In this document: positions 14,111-28,639 of the stretch, piece by piece
Layout of the letters: each line of letters opens with the position of its first letter
How positions within the stretch are numbered: the first letter of the stretch is position 1
Source: Eledone cirrhosa
Lineage: Eukaryota
Assembly (NCBI GenBank): GCA_964016885.1
Contig: CAXHJY010000791.1
Coordinates: 1 to 47,904 of the forward strand
DNA: 47,904 nt
Reading direction: 5' to 3'
Made by a program: the position numbers and the translations under genes
Notes under the pieces: generated by a model
The model's input: the letters and a program-made list of their open reading frames with translations, nothing else
Told to the model about the DNA's origin: nothing
Databases searched by the model: none

Positions 14111-14140
<30 letters not shown>

Positions 14141-14153
14141 ATATATACATATA

Positions 14154-14186
<33 letters not shown>

Positions 14187-14432
14187 AGATTCAGCGAGAA
14201 TCGCATTTCGACGGGCAGGAAAAAGCGAAGCGAAACGCAAAAATCAGAAATGATACTGGCAAAGTGCTCAATAGTTAAAAACCAGAGCTAAACAATGTGT
14301 TAAGAAGCCATATAAAACTGAAAAGGTGGTCAAGAAAGCATTAACCACCCAAGCCAAATACCAAATCAAGCTAAACAGGTCAAAACAAAATAAATGATAA
14401 AAGATAAATGATAACCATGTGCATACATACAT

Positions 14433-14505
<73 letters not shown>

Positions 14506-14507
<2 letters not shown>

Positions 14508-14774
14508 CAAATGGAAACTATATTTATAAAACCATATTTATTTCATTATACATATTTCAAAAGCCACCAGAGAAAACTATGGTGCGCTTTCATCAGATAG
14601 TTTGCTCTGGTGGGCCTTGAAATATGTATAATGAAATAAATATGGTTTTATAAATATAGTTTAGTTTCCATTTGTTAATATATTGTATATTTACTCCAAT
14701 AATCTGTTGAGTGCTTTATATCAGTTATAAAAAATATTTTGCTTGTTGTATCCCAACAAATTAAATATAACCTC

Positions 14775-14777
<3 letters not shown>
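14506..14777 (+). mobile_element. Fold-back cassette family B with a hammerhead core in the inverted arm and a TTGAGTGC tail
   Basis: Hairpin 14506-14676; minus strand CTGATGA (14596-14590)...GAAA-TATGTA-TA; homologous to 28130-28355 and 43549-43780. Confidence 0.8.
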
Positions 14778-14825
<48 letters not shown>

Positions 14826-15042
14826 ATGTATATATATATGTGTATATATGTATGTATGCACATGTATATGTATATACATCAATGTGAAGTAGAAAGTGAG
14901 GAGATGAAGTGTTCTCACAAATAATTAAAGGTACTCGAAACTGTTCGAATGGTTTCTAAACTAATAGACACAATTGGTTGACAAGGTTTCTATAATTGCC
15001 CATATATATATATATATACTCTATATATGTATATATATATAA

Positions 15043-15162
<120 letters not shown>

Positions 15163-15377
15163 ATATGTATGTATGTATATATACTGTATGCGTATTGGTG
15201 TAGATATATACGTAATTATAGATATTTGATTATCATCATATAAATATATACATCGATATATACATCGATAACATATATGTATGCATATACACATAAAACG
15301 TATATATATATATATATATATATGGTACACACCTACAGAAAGTGAAAGTAGAGAGAGTAAGAGAAAGGTAGAAAGTG

Positions 15378-15414
<37 letters not shown>

Positions 15415-15678
15415 AAAGAAAGGCAGAGAGGAAAAGAGAGTAAGAGAATGGTAGAAAGTGAAAGTAGAGAGAGCGGAGAGAGAGAGAGAGAGAGTGAGAG
15501 AGAGAGAGAGTAAGAGAAAGCCAGAGAAGAAAAGAGTGTGAGAGAAAGGCAGAAAGTTAAAGAGAGCAATGATATATGGGGAAATAAACATGTTTACATT
15601 GTCATTGGTACTGAGGAGTGCATGGTAACAATGTTATATATTGGTAGAGAGAGAGGGAGGGAGAGCCTTTGATGTGGT

Positions 15679-15742
<64 letters not shown>

Positions 15743-15850
15743 ACATACACACACATATATATATATATATATATACATATACGTATATTTAGGTTGGTAG
15801 ATAACTGAATTTATGCATATAGTGTGCTTAAATATATACATACATATATG

Positions 15851-15978
<128 letters not shown>

Positions 15979-16054
15979 CATGTATGCATATATACATATT
16001 GCATATGCATGTGCGCGCATATTTATCACCTCTCTCTCTTTCTCTGTATATATA

Positions 16055-16105
<51 letters not shown>

Positions 16106-16152
16106 GCATGCATATATATCCTTGGCAAATACATCTGTACAGAGCATGGTGA

Positions 16153-16200
<48 letters not shown>

Positions 16201-16203
<3 letters not shown>

Positions 16204-16391
16204 CGAAGGAAGTGTGGTAAGGAACCAGATGGACCATAACGCACCAGAGTACTCAATACTTAGGGTAGTAGAGTGGGTAATAGTAAAATGATAAACCCCG
16301 ACGGCAGAGATCAAACCGTTTCGACGGCTATTTCTGGACTCAGAAATAGCCGTGAAAACGGCTTGAGCTCTGCCGTCGGGGTTTATCATGT

Positions 16392-16396
<5 letters not shown>
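16201..16396 (-). mobile_element. Fold-back cassette family A, second copy
   Basis: Reverse-complement match to 5043-5248 with a slightly different turnaround; flanked by (TA)n on both sides. Confidence 0.8.
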
Positions 16397-16479
<83 letters not shown>

Positions 16480-16505
16480 ATAAGAGAGTATTGAAGTTTG
16501 CTTGA

Positions 16506-16574
<69 letters not shown>

Positions 16575-16581
<7 letters not shown>

Positions 16582-16613
16582 GTACAGAGACACAACAGAG
16601 ATATGCACACACA

Positions 16614-16666
<53 letters not shown>

Positions 16667-16695
16667 CAGAGACACCACAGAGATATGCACACACA

Positions 16696-16765
<70 letters not shown>

Positions 16766-16794
16766 AGAGACACAACAGAGATATGCACACACAG

Positions 16795-16825
<31 letters not shown>
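16575..16825. repeat. Three-copy tandem of CAGAGACACAACAGAGATATGCACACACAG plus (TA)n
   Basis: Copies near 16585, 16666 and 16765. Confidence 0.9.
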
Positions 16826-16827
<2 letters not shown>

Positions 16828-16885
16828 AATATACTGCATGCGTGTGCATATCTGTTGCTTCTCTGTCAATCTCTCTCTCTAAGTA

Positions 16886-16926
<41 letters not shown>

Positions 16927-17315
16927 CGAGAGAGAGAGAGAGAGAGAGAGGGGGGTGGTAGAGAGAGAGGGAGAGAGAGAGTGAGAGAGAGCTAGAGAGA
17001 GAGATACGCTGTATTGTCCAAATCCGTTGATTACTTCCAGCCGATGTTTACGACGTGATGTCGAGAATATACTAGCTGAGATATGTCTGCACTTCTCCCA
17101 CTTTTGTTGATACTCTTGATGTCCTTCTTCGTGTTCTTTTAGTTGCTGTTGTTGGTGTTGTTGTTGTTGTTGATGCTACAGTTGTTGTTGTTGTTGTTGT
17201 GGTTGTGGTTGTTGTTGTTGTTAAGTGACAATTCAACTTTGACGTAACTCGGTAACTGGGACTGCTTCGGAAATTTCTATTGTAAAGTATATTTGAGTAT
17301 ATATATGTATGTATG

Positions 17316-17411
<96 letters not shown>

Positions 17412-17419
17412 CATATATA

Positions 17420-17542
<123 letters not shown>

Positions 17543-17738
17543 CTATATATATATCTTTTAAGTGTGTGTTTAAGTACAGCGGTCTGTCATTACAAGTGCA
17601 TTTGACTAAATAAAAGGAGATGGAGGGGGGAGAGGGAGAGAGAGATAAAGAGAGAGGGGGAGGGGGAGAGGGAGAGAGAGAGATAAAGGCAAGTATAAAG
17701 TAATTGTGATATGAATGTACATACAAATTATACATAAA

Positions 17739-17813
17739 CAAGGGTGTCCCCAAAAATGTATACACACTCCAACAGCATTCTTATAAATATGTGTATACAT
17801 TTTTGGGGATATC

Positions 17814-17816
<3 letters not shown>
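17739..17816. mobile_element. Tiny Tc1/mariner-type MITE (~78 bp)
   Basis: ~28-bp imperfect TIRs CAAGGGTGTCCCCAAAAATGTATACACA / TGTGTATACATTTTTGGGGATATCCTG followed by TA. Confidence 0.65.
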
Positions 17817-17889
<73 letters not shown>

Positions 17890-17897
<8 letters not shown>

Positions 17898-18010
17898 TTC
17901 AGATGTACTGAGCTATCTATAACAATACGTCCTCATCAGAAAAAATAATATGATGCACGACATACCCTGACTTAGTAGATGGTTAAGATTCAGTCATGGT
18001 AGTGAATAAG
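17890..18010 (-). mobile_element. PLE-like cassette homologous to 4765-4865; hammerhead ends at the (TA)n junction
   Basis: Minus strand CTGATGA-GGACGTATTG/loop/CAGTACATCT-GAAA-TATGTG, then (TA)n; shared flank GACATACCCTGA...ATGGTTAAGATT. Confidence 0.7.
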
Positions 18011-19289
18011 ATATGACAAAACTCAATATTTATATACCTTAAGATTCAGACATGAAACAATTTACATATAATACAGAGGGTGCGTGTGAGAAAGCTTAAA
18101 AATACATAATAGTAATTTACATAACTGTTAGAGATTCAAATTATTGAAGAAAGAAGAAGACCAGAGAGAAACAGACGAGGAAAAAAATATAGTTACTAGA
18201 AGTATAGAAAACAAATGAGAATTGATCAAGGATAGAGAGACAAGGAGGAAAATTTCTATAGTATAAAGCATAAGGAGGGAGATTTGTATTGTTGTGGATG
18301 AATAGGGTGTGATTAGATGATGCAAAAAATATATATCTATATAAATACATGAGTAGCTTTGTGAAAGAGTAAACTCGAATCTTCGAATTATCTAGAAGTA
18401 TCCATCAATCGAAATATTAAATGTATCTGGGTGTAATAATATGAGGGTTTAATTTTGAGTCCTTAGTTAATTAGAAATATACTAACAATTAATTATATAC
18501 ACTATATATATCCAAACGTATCCGCCTGACCGTTAAATTTCGAATCATTTATGTTAGTTCAGAATAATGAATTAATCTAAAGGTATAATATTTCAGGCTA
18601 TAAAATTTATAAATATCTATATTAATATTAAAGTATACAATCATATTTAATTTATACAATCATATTTAAAGTATTTGCAAACATGAGAAAGAAGAGACTT
18701 AATATTTTCATCCGCACGAAGGTAATCCATATCAAATTATATTATTTTATATTATATTAAATCATTTTTTTTTTTTTTATATTAAAATAATAATTCTCAT
18801 TATATAATTTAGAAAATAATTACAGTTATAACTTTAAAAATTAAAAATTAACAATTAGAATGCGATAAAGTATCTAGAGGCCTTATAATTACACTTAAAA
18901 AAGGGTATTATTAAATTAGATATACGCATTTGTCTAAATATATACAAAAAGTATATTGTCTAAAGTTCAAGACGATATTAGTCAGTTATACACAATATAA
19001 TATAATAAATAAGTTACTGTTAATATTGTTAAAATTAAGGTTTTAGAACAATTATTATATTAGAATCATGTAATACATATATAGTATAAATATACAAATC
19101 AAACTTCATGAATCATAAGGATAAGAACCAGATTTTAAAAAAATAAGTAAATTGTTTGCGATCATAAATGAATGAAAAGCAATCCCAGATATATGAAATC
19201 TGTTCCTCGATTGAAGGCGACATATTTAATTAATTGTTTCTACTTTCTTTCATATATATATTGCACATAGCTAGGCATCATTAATTAAA

Positions 19290-19400
19290 TATGTCGCCGA
19301 GATTAACTTTGCCTTTCATCTTTACAGGGTCGATAAAATAAAGTACCAGTAATACACTGGTTTATTGCTGGCCTTGTGCCTAACATAGAAACAATTATAT
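19290..19400 (+). mobile_element. SINE family 1, 3' part
   Basis: TTAACTTTGCCTTTCATC...GGTCGATAAAATAAAGTACCAG...GCTGGCCTTGTGCCTAA..TAGAAAC. Confidence 0.85.
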
Positions 19401-19726
19401 TAAGGCTAAATAGTAAGTGTTGAAACTGGAGTTTTGCCTGCATCTCACAGGGTCAACAGACAAGAATTGTTACAACAGACTATATTTATATCTCGCCAGA
19501 GAGAGTTTTATATATAAAGAGTTTTATAATGTATATAAAGTATATAAAGTAAACTTTATATTGTCCCTCTCACTTTTTCAATAATGTCACTTTGACGAAT
19601 CAAAGAAAGGAAAAAGGAAGGAAAAAAAAAACAGACCCTTAAATATATTTTCCGTGCTATTTCCAATTTCACCTTTTCTCTATAACCACTGTTTTGTATA
19701 GAACCTTACTTCCCTTTTCAAATATA

Positions 19727-19758
<32 letters not shown>

Positions 19759-19802
19759 CACACATCTCTCTCTCTATCTATATATATATATACATACACA
19801 CA

Positions 19803-19856
<54 letters not shown>

Positions 19857-19862
19857 CACACA

Positions 19863-19908
<46 letters not shown>

Positions 19909-19921
19909 CCCACTCTCTCTA

Positions 19922-20028
<107 letters not shown>

Positions 20029-20361
20029 AATATTGTATTTGGTTCATCTATAAATATACTTACAATATGGATATAATCAGTCTTGATTAAAGATTCACCG
20101 CCATCTTTGTTAGGACAAACCACTTTGTTAAGACATCTTCTTGAGATATCGCCAAAGAAAACACACAAAATCTTTGCCGCCATTTCGTTTTCTATATTTT
20201 CGCTTCTTTTCTTTTGTATTTCTTTTGTTTGCCTTTTAAAGGTCAGAATTTAATTTTGTTTTTGTTTTATTTTTGTTTTGGTTGTTGTTGTTTTTTTAAA
20301 TGTGTTTTTTATATATTTATTTTTCTTCTTGTTAGTTTGTTTTTCATCGTGGAAAATAAAT

Positions 20362-20690
20362 GGAGGAATTGGCAGTGTCGTTAGAGCGTCGGACGGAACA
20401 CCTTGCGGTATTTGATATGGCTCTCTGCTCTGCACGTTCAAATCTAGTTCAAATTCGATAAATAAAAACCCAGACCAGGTAGGCGTGGTGATGTATTTGA
20501 TGAGGTGCCTTGCGGTATTCCTTATGGCTCTCTCCACTGTGAGTTCAAATCCCCACCAAAGTCGATAAATAAAGTACGAGACCAGGTTAGGGTGGCGTTA
20601 GTTGGGTGGAATTGGTAGAAGAAAAGAATGGGTGAGGTGTTTGTTCCGGTTCTCTGCACTGTCAGTTCAAACCCCCACCAAGTACAGGAC
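20362..20690 (+). mobile_element. Three decayed tandem SINE family 1 heads
   Basis: GAATTGGCAGTGTCGTTAGAGCGTCGG and three GTTCAAA B-box-like motifs (~20437, 20543, 20665). Confidence 0.55.
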
Positions 20691-20714
20691 CAGGGGAAAA
20701 GGAAAGTGGTAATT

Positions 20715-20771
20715 ATTGTGGTTACGATGTTGGTAGTGGTGGTGATGGTGGTGTTGGTCGTAGTGGTGGTG

Positions 20772-20803
<32 letters not shown>

Positions 20804-21400
20804 GGTGGTGATAGTGTTAGTAGTCGTGGTGGTGGTGGTGGTGTTAGTGGTGGTGGTGATAGTGTTAGTGGTTGTGGTGGTTGTGGTGGTGTTGGTGGTG
20901 TTGGTGGTGGTAGTGGTGTTGGTTGTGGTGGTGATAGTGATAGTGGTTGTGGTGGTTGTGGTGGTGGTGGTGGTAGTGGTGTCGGTGGTGGTGGTGATAG
21001 TGGTTGTGGTGGTTGTGGTGGTGGTGGTGGTGGTGATAGTGTTAGTGGTCGTGGTGGTTGTGGTGGTTGTGGTGGTGGTGGTGGTAGAAGAAGTGGAAAC
21101 GAGAATGGTTGTTATGATGGTGATGAGGGTGGTACGAGTGGCAGTCGTAGTGATTGTGGTGATGGTGATGGTTGTGGTGGAGGTGGCGGTGATGGTGTCG
21201 GTGATGTTAGCGATGATGATGATGGGGGTGGTGGTGATAGTAGCGGTGATAGTGGTGGTGGTGATGATGATGATGATGATGATGTTAGCGATGGTGGTGG
21301 TAGTGTTGATGATGATGGTTATGAAGGTGGTGGTTGTGAAGGTGGTGGTGATAGTAGTGGTGGTAGTGGTGGTAGTGGTGGTAGTGGTGGTAGTGGTTCA
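20715..21400. repeat. (GTG)n/(GAT)n degenerate trinucleotide tract
   Basis: Direct reading; source of the poly-Val ORF. Confidence 0.95.
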
Positions 21401-21472
21401 ATTACTAAACCCAGTTAGTTTTAAATCTGTCTGAACAGACTTAAAACACAACTAGACCAAATAGTCGTCAGC

Positions 21473-21589
21473 ATATATATATATACATACATATATATAT
21501 ATATATATATACATGTATATATATATATGTATATAGTATATATGTATATATATATAGTATATATGTATATATATATATATAGTATATAT

Positions 21590-21634
<45 letters not shown>

Positions 21635-21941
21635 GTATATATGTATATATATATATATATATAGTATATATGTATATATATATAGTATATATGTATACAT
21701 ATATATATGTATATAGTATATATGTATATACATATATAGCATATATGTATATATATATATCGTATATATGTATATATATATATATATATATAGTATATAT
21801 TTATATATATATATAGTATATATATATATCGTATATATGTATATATATATATATCGTATATATGTATATATATATATATAGTATATATTTATATATATAT
21901 ATATATAGTATATATGTATATATATATATATATATATCGTA

Positions 21942-21972
<31 letters not shown>

Positions 21973-21973
21973 C

Positions 21974-22022
<49 letters not shown>

Positions 22023-22048
22023 GTATATATATATATATATATATATAG

Positions 22049-22079
<31 letters not shown>

Positions 22080-22091
22080 TATATATATATA

Positions 22092-22161
<70 letters not shown>

Positions 22162-22288
22162 CTATATATATATATATATACATATATACTATATATATAC
22201 TAATATACTATATATATATATATATATATGCTATATATATATGCATTATATATATAGTATATATATATATACTATATATATATATATG

Positions 22289-22320
<32 letters not shown>

Positions 22321-22383
22321 CATATATATATATAAATATATATATATACTATATATATATATACCATATATATATATATATAT

Positions 22384-22452
<69 letters not shown>

Positions 22453-22548
22453 TACTTATAAATATATATACATAGAAACTTATATATATATATATATATA
22501 CATATATACTATATATATATGTGTGTGTGTGTGTATGTTTGTATATAT

Positions 22549-22613
<65 letters not shown>

Positions 22614-22620
22614 CACACAC
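21473..22620. repeat. Long interrupted (TA)n tract
   Basis: Direct reading. Confidence 0.95.
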
Positions 22621-22863
22621 ACCTGTATGAGACAGACATATAAACATATCTCTGCCAAACATACTTTTATATCCACCTGCTGCCAAAAAAATATAGATAA
22701 CCCCTTTGATGTTCGCGGCTTGATTGAATTGAAAATAGTTGATAGATGGAAGTAAGAATGTGCAATAAATAGATTAACTCAATATGTGGGAAAATGACGT
22801 TTCGGGTAATTATTCTTCGTCTGAAAGGGTGTGAGAAAAAAAGCACGCACCCACACTATATAC

Positions 22864-22965
<102 letters not shown>

Positions 22966-23033
22966 AACGTATATATATATCCGTTTGTTTGGAAGTTAAG
23001 TCCTAAAAAGACAGGCATAACGAGCAGAGAGAG

Positions 23034-23104
<71 letters not shown>

Positions 23105-23237
23105 AGATAGGGGGAGATTGAGAGAGAGAGAGGTAAAGCGAGAAAGAGAGAGAGAGGAAGAGAGAGACAGAGGAAGAGAGAAAGAGAAGAGAAGAGAAGA
23201 AGCAAAAGAGACAGAGGGAGAGAGAGAGAAGAGAAGA

Positions 23238-23300
<63 letters not shown>

Positions 23301-23615
23301 ATAAGTGAGGAAAGACAGGCAAACGCGGGGGTATGAGATAAAACATCAATTTGAATAAAAAAGAGTCCTGTGTAGCTAAAAACAAACGAATGGATAAAAT
23401 GCGATATATAGATTGGCGAAGACAGGAAAATACAGACGAACAGAAACAATACAGACATAAAGTGACCCTGGAATGCTCGGGCACTTCTTTGTTAATTTTA
23501 CGAACAGACTGTTCTTTTATTTGAACGCGACGCGTGAAACTCTCGTCATTAAATCCGACAAAGGTACAGAACACACACATACACACATACACAGAGAGAT
23601 AGAGAGAGAGAGAGT

Positions 23616-23665
<50 letters not shown>

Positions 23666-23698
23666 TTTCTCTATTTGCCACAAGGGCGCACAAGAAAT

Positions 23699-23737
<39 letters not shown>

Positions 23738-23762
23738 GGGGGGGGGGGGGGGGGGGGGGGGG
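23699..23762. repeat. Poly-G run of ~64 nt
   Basis: G run with one A interruption. Confidence 0.9.
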
Positions 23763-24092
23763 TATTTTACATACAATCGATCTATTAAAAATTAACATAG
23801 ATATTCAACAATCGAAATTCCCAATAGGGCGGTGACGTTACAAATGGATTGTTTTATACTCCGTAGATAGAACAACCCTCAACTCCAGGAGCATGATAGA
23901 TAGATAGATAGAGATGCAGGCGAAACACCAGTGGGGGTGTGAAAAAAACAGGCTATAAATTCACTCATCTGGCATTTTTATCACAGGATTCTATTAAATA
24001 CGTCGAGAAAAATACTTGGTAAGCTGTTCTTTCACCAATAATCAATCCACAAATTCAATTTACTATTAGTAACAAAGAGAGAGAGAGAGAGG

Positions 24093-24158
<66 letters not shown>

Positions 24159-24254
24159 AGAACATCTGGTTATCGGGTAATCATCAGCTAAATACTACAG
24201 AAACATCAATTTCTTCCGAGAAAAACTTTGACTTCGATATGCGGACCAAAATTC

Positions 24255-24762
24255 AACCCTTTCGATACCTTATTTCTAATGAAAGACACTGTCTATGTCA
24301 TTAACCCTTTCATTAACATATTTCTAATGAAAGACACTGTCTATGTCATTAACCCTTTCGATACCTTATTTCTAATGAAAGACACTGTCTATGTCATTAA
24401 CCATTTCATTAACATATTTCTAATGAAAGACACTATCTATGTCATTAGCCCTTTCGATACCTTATTTCTAATGAAAGACACTGTCTATGTCATTAACCCT
24501 TTCATTACCGTATTTCTAATGAAAGACACTGTCTATGTCATTAACCCTTTCATTACCATATTTCTAATGAAAGACACTGTCTATGTCATTAACCCTTTCG
24601 TTACCATATTTCTAATGAAAGACACTGTCTATGTCATTAACCCTTTCGTTACCATATTTCTAATGAAAGACACTGTCTATGTCATTAACCCTCATTAACC
24701 CTTTCGTTACCATATTTCTAATGAAAGACACTGTCTATGTCATTAACCCATACGTTACCATA
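24255..24762. repeat. 48-bp minisatellite, ~10.5 copies
   Basis: Unit AACCCTTTCGTTACCATATTTCTAATGAAAGACACTGTCTATGTCATT; AACCC at 24255, 24303 and onward. Confidence 0.95.
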
Positions 24763-25055
24763 TAGCCACATTTAGCCAGATACATATAGCCACTTTAACC
24801 CTTTTCCTCAAATTTCTACCGAAAAGCAAGGCTTTAGAAATATAAGTAGCTTTCTTATTAAGTTAGTTTTTGGAACATGATTTAACGAGGGTTCTTACAT
24901 AAAGTCATAATATGGGTTTTTAAGATTATTATGAATACTTTATTCATTTCTTTACCATAGGCTCGGTTTTTCGTAAGACTCTGTCTAAGGTTTTTAAACC
25001 CTTTTGAAAATCGTAAAGATTTAGTAATACAAATAACTTTCTCATTATTAAGGTG

Positions 25056-25370
25056 TTGAGTTCAAATCTCGCCAAGGTTAGCTTTACCTTTCATCCTTAC
25101 GGGGTCGATAAAATAATGTACCAGTAATACACTGGGATAATTGCTGGCCTTGTGCCTAAATCAGAAACCATTATTATCATCATCATCATCAGTAGTAATA
25201 TCAGTAGCATCTATTCTTGCTCGGAGTTCAAAACCCGTCAAGGTTATCTTTACCTTTCATCAATACAGGGTCGATAAAATAAAGTACCAGTAACACATTA
25301 GGGCCGATATAACCGACTTTCTCCTCTCCCAAAATTGTTAACCATGTACTTAAATCAGAAACCATTATTC
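25056..25370 (+). mobile_element. Two 5'-truncated SINE family 1 copies in tandem
   Basis: GAGTTCAAA...CTTTACCTTTCATC...GGGTCGATAAA..GTACCAG...AAATCAGAAACC at ~25056-25175 and ~25222-25370. Confidence 0.85.
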
Positions 25371-25594
25371 AGTAGGTGTTCGGGACATAACTTAACAAAG
25401 GTTCTTACGCTGGTATTTTTTCTTTTTTTTTTTAGATAAATATAAACTGTTTAAATAAATAACTCACTATGGTATTAGGGCTGTTTCAGGTAGTTTAGTA
25501 TGAAAAGGGGTCAACATTTATCAGGATATCTCTCCACTACCACAGGTGACAGTCCTTTCAGAAGAGAAGAAATAAAACTTCTTGATTTTCATTT

Positions 25595-26000
25595 GTACAC
25601 ACAGACACACGCACACACACACGTTTGCACTCACACACTTACACACACACACACACACTTGCACCCACACACTTGCACACACACACACTTGCACTCACAC
25701 ACACACACACACGTACACACACACATACACACACTGGCACACACGCACATACTTGCACACACGCACTTGTATACACAATTGTATACGCACTTGTATACAC
25801 ACTTGAACGCACACACATGAACACATGCACACACGCACACATACCTGCACGCACACACATTCACACACACATACCTGAACGCACACACATGCACACACAC
25901 AGACACACCTGAACGCACACACACACACACACACATACACTTGCATACTCGCACTTGCCCACACAGATACAGACACATACACACACACACACACATAGCT
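25595..26000. repeat. Degenerate (CA)n tract
   Basis: Direct reading. Confidence 0.9.
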
Positions 26001-26049
26001 GTGTATATATGTATGTGTGAGTATATATAATTTATATGTATATATATAT

Positions 26050-26407
26050 CTGTGTGTGTGAGTAAATATAACATATATATATGTAATGTGTGAGTATATA
26101 TATAATATATATATATATAATGTGAGTATATATATAATATATATATATGTAATGTGTGAGTATATATATAATATATATATGTGTAATGTGAGTTTATATA
26201 TAATATATATATATGTAATGTGTGAGTATATATATAATATTTATATATGTAATGTGTGAGTATATATATAATATATATATATGTAATGTGTGAGTTTATA
26301 TATAATATATATATATGTAATGTGTGAGTATATATATAATATATATATATGTAATGTGAGTATATATATAATATATATATATATATAATATATATATGTA
26401 ATGTGAG

Positions 26408-26438
<31 letters not shown>

Positions 26439-26820
26439 ATATATATATATGTAATGTGTGAGTTTATATATAATATATATATATGTAATGTGAGTATATA
26501 TATAATATATATATATGTAATGTGAGTATATAATATAATATATATATATGTAATGTGTGAGTATATATATAATATATATATATGTAATGTGTGAGTATAT
26601 ATATAATATATATATATGTAATGTGTGAGTATATATATAATATATATATGTAATGTGAGTATATATATAATATATATATATAATATATATATATATATAT
26701 AATATATATATATATATATAATATATATATATGTAATGTGTGAGTATATATATAATATATATATATGTAATGTGAGTATATATATAATATATATATATGT
26801 AATGTGAGTATATATATAAT

Positions 26821-26854
<34 letters not shown>

Positions 26855-27480
26855 ATATATATATATGTAATGTGTGAGTTTATATATAATATATATATAT
26901 GTAATGTGTGAGTTTATATATAATATATATATATGTAATGTGTGAGTTTATATATAATATATATATATGTAATGTGAGTATATATATAATATATATATAT
27001 GTAATGTGTGAGTATATATATAATATATATATATGTAATGTGAGTATATATATAATATATATATATGTAATGTGAGTATATATATAATATATATATATGT
27101 AATCTGAGTATATATATAATATATATATATGTAATGTGAGTATATATATAATATATATATATGTAATGTGAGTATATATATAATATATATATATGTAATG
27201 TGTGAGTATATATATAATATATATATATGTAATGTGTGAGTATATATATAATATATATATATGTAATGTGAGTATATATATAATATATATATATGTAATG
27301 TGAGTATATATATAATATATATATATGTAATGTGAGTATATATATAATATATATATATATGTAATGTGAGTATATATATAATATATATATATGTAATGTG
27401 AGTATATATATAATATATATATATGTAATGTGAGTATATATATAGTATATATATATATGTAATGTGTGAGTATATATATA
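26050..27480. repeat. ~31-35 bp minisatellite GTAATGTG(TG)AGTATATATATAATATATATATAT
   Basis: Dozens of near-identical units differing in TA/TG number. Confidence 0.95.
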
Positions 27481-27665
27481 ATTGTTTCTACTTTTGGCAC
27501 AAGGCCAGCAATTACCCAGTGGATTACTGGTACTTTATTTTATCAACCCCGTAAGGATGAAAGGCAAAGTTAACCTCGGCGGGATTTGAACTCAGAATGG
27601 CAAGGGCCGTAACTCTATGCGTCAAAGCATGGCGTCCGACCCTCTACAGATACTGCCAATCCACA
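27478..27665 (-). mobile_element. SINE family 1, near full length
   Basis: Colinear reverse-complement match to 46999-47189. Confidence 0.9.
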
Positions 27666-27928
27666 GATATATATATATATATGTATGTATGTCTGTAATA
27701 ATGAAACGAAGTCGAAACTAGGTCAGAGAATCTGTGTACCGTAAGACCAACTCTTACATAATAACACACATAACATGTGTATATATGTATATGTACACAC
27801 ATACATGTATATTATATATGTGTGTGTGACCCACTCTACTACCCCAAGTATCGAGTACTCTGGTGAGTTATGGTCTACCTGGTTTTTACCACACCCTATT
27901 TGATACACACATACATACATATATTTAT

Positions 27929-27970
<42 letters not shown>

Positions 27971-27971
27971 T

Positions 27972-28059
<88 letters not shown>

Positions 28060-28157
28060 TTATATATATATTTATATATACTGCCAAATCAACCTCCCAA
28101 ATGCAAGGTGATTGAAAGGTATGTCGTATCTATTTATTTATAAGACTGTTTATATTG

Positions 28158-28223
28158 TATTTTGTCTGAAGAAGGCATAACATATTGTTAATATGATATC
28201 CCTGAAATATATATAACGAAATA
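28158..28223 (+). ncRNA. Minimal type I hammerhead ribozyme in an unfolded family B cassette (~28130-28355)
   Basis: TATTTTGT-CTGAAGA-AGGCATAACATATT/GTT/AATATGATATCCCT-GAAA-TATATA-TA-ACGAAATA; stems I and II pair and loop 3 is palindromic. Confidence 0.8.
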
Positions 28224-28351
28224 AATATGGTTTTATAAATATAGTTTCCATTTATTTAATATCATAAATATACTCCAAATACTTGTTGAGTGCTTTTATA
28301 TCAGTTATAAATATTTACTCGTTGTTAACCCAACAATTTAAATATAACTTT

Positions 28352-28392
<41 letters not shown>

Positions 28393-28464
28393 AAGAAATA
28401 ATATTACTTATGCATATACTTATTTGCTTATGCAGGCATATATATTTATGCATATATAAATGTG

Positions 28465-28498
<34 letters not shown>

Positions 28499-28639
28499 AG
28501 TGTATGTATATATTATGTAAGATATATGATATCATATCGCGCGAATAATATCATGTAATATATATATATATTGTGTCAATATCCTGCAACAATGCATAGC
28601 ATATCGACCAGTCTTAATTAGGTATGTGTGTTATAAAAC

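Larger units (their letters stand above)
24253..25514 (+). mobile_element. piggyBac-like (TTAA) MITE, expanded at its left end and interrupted by SINEs
   Basis: Left end (T)TAACCCTTTCG(T/A)TACC, decayed right end GTATGAAAAGGGGTCAA at ~25498-25514; internal segment CTTTCT.ATTAAG..GTTTGGAACAT present twice. Confidence 0.5.

Noticed and set aside
24228-24698. 156-aa repeat protein ORF
   Set aside because: A 48-bp stop-free unit from a transposon end; no real start or splice evidence.
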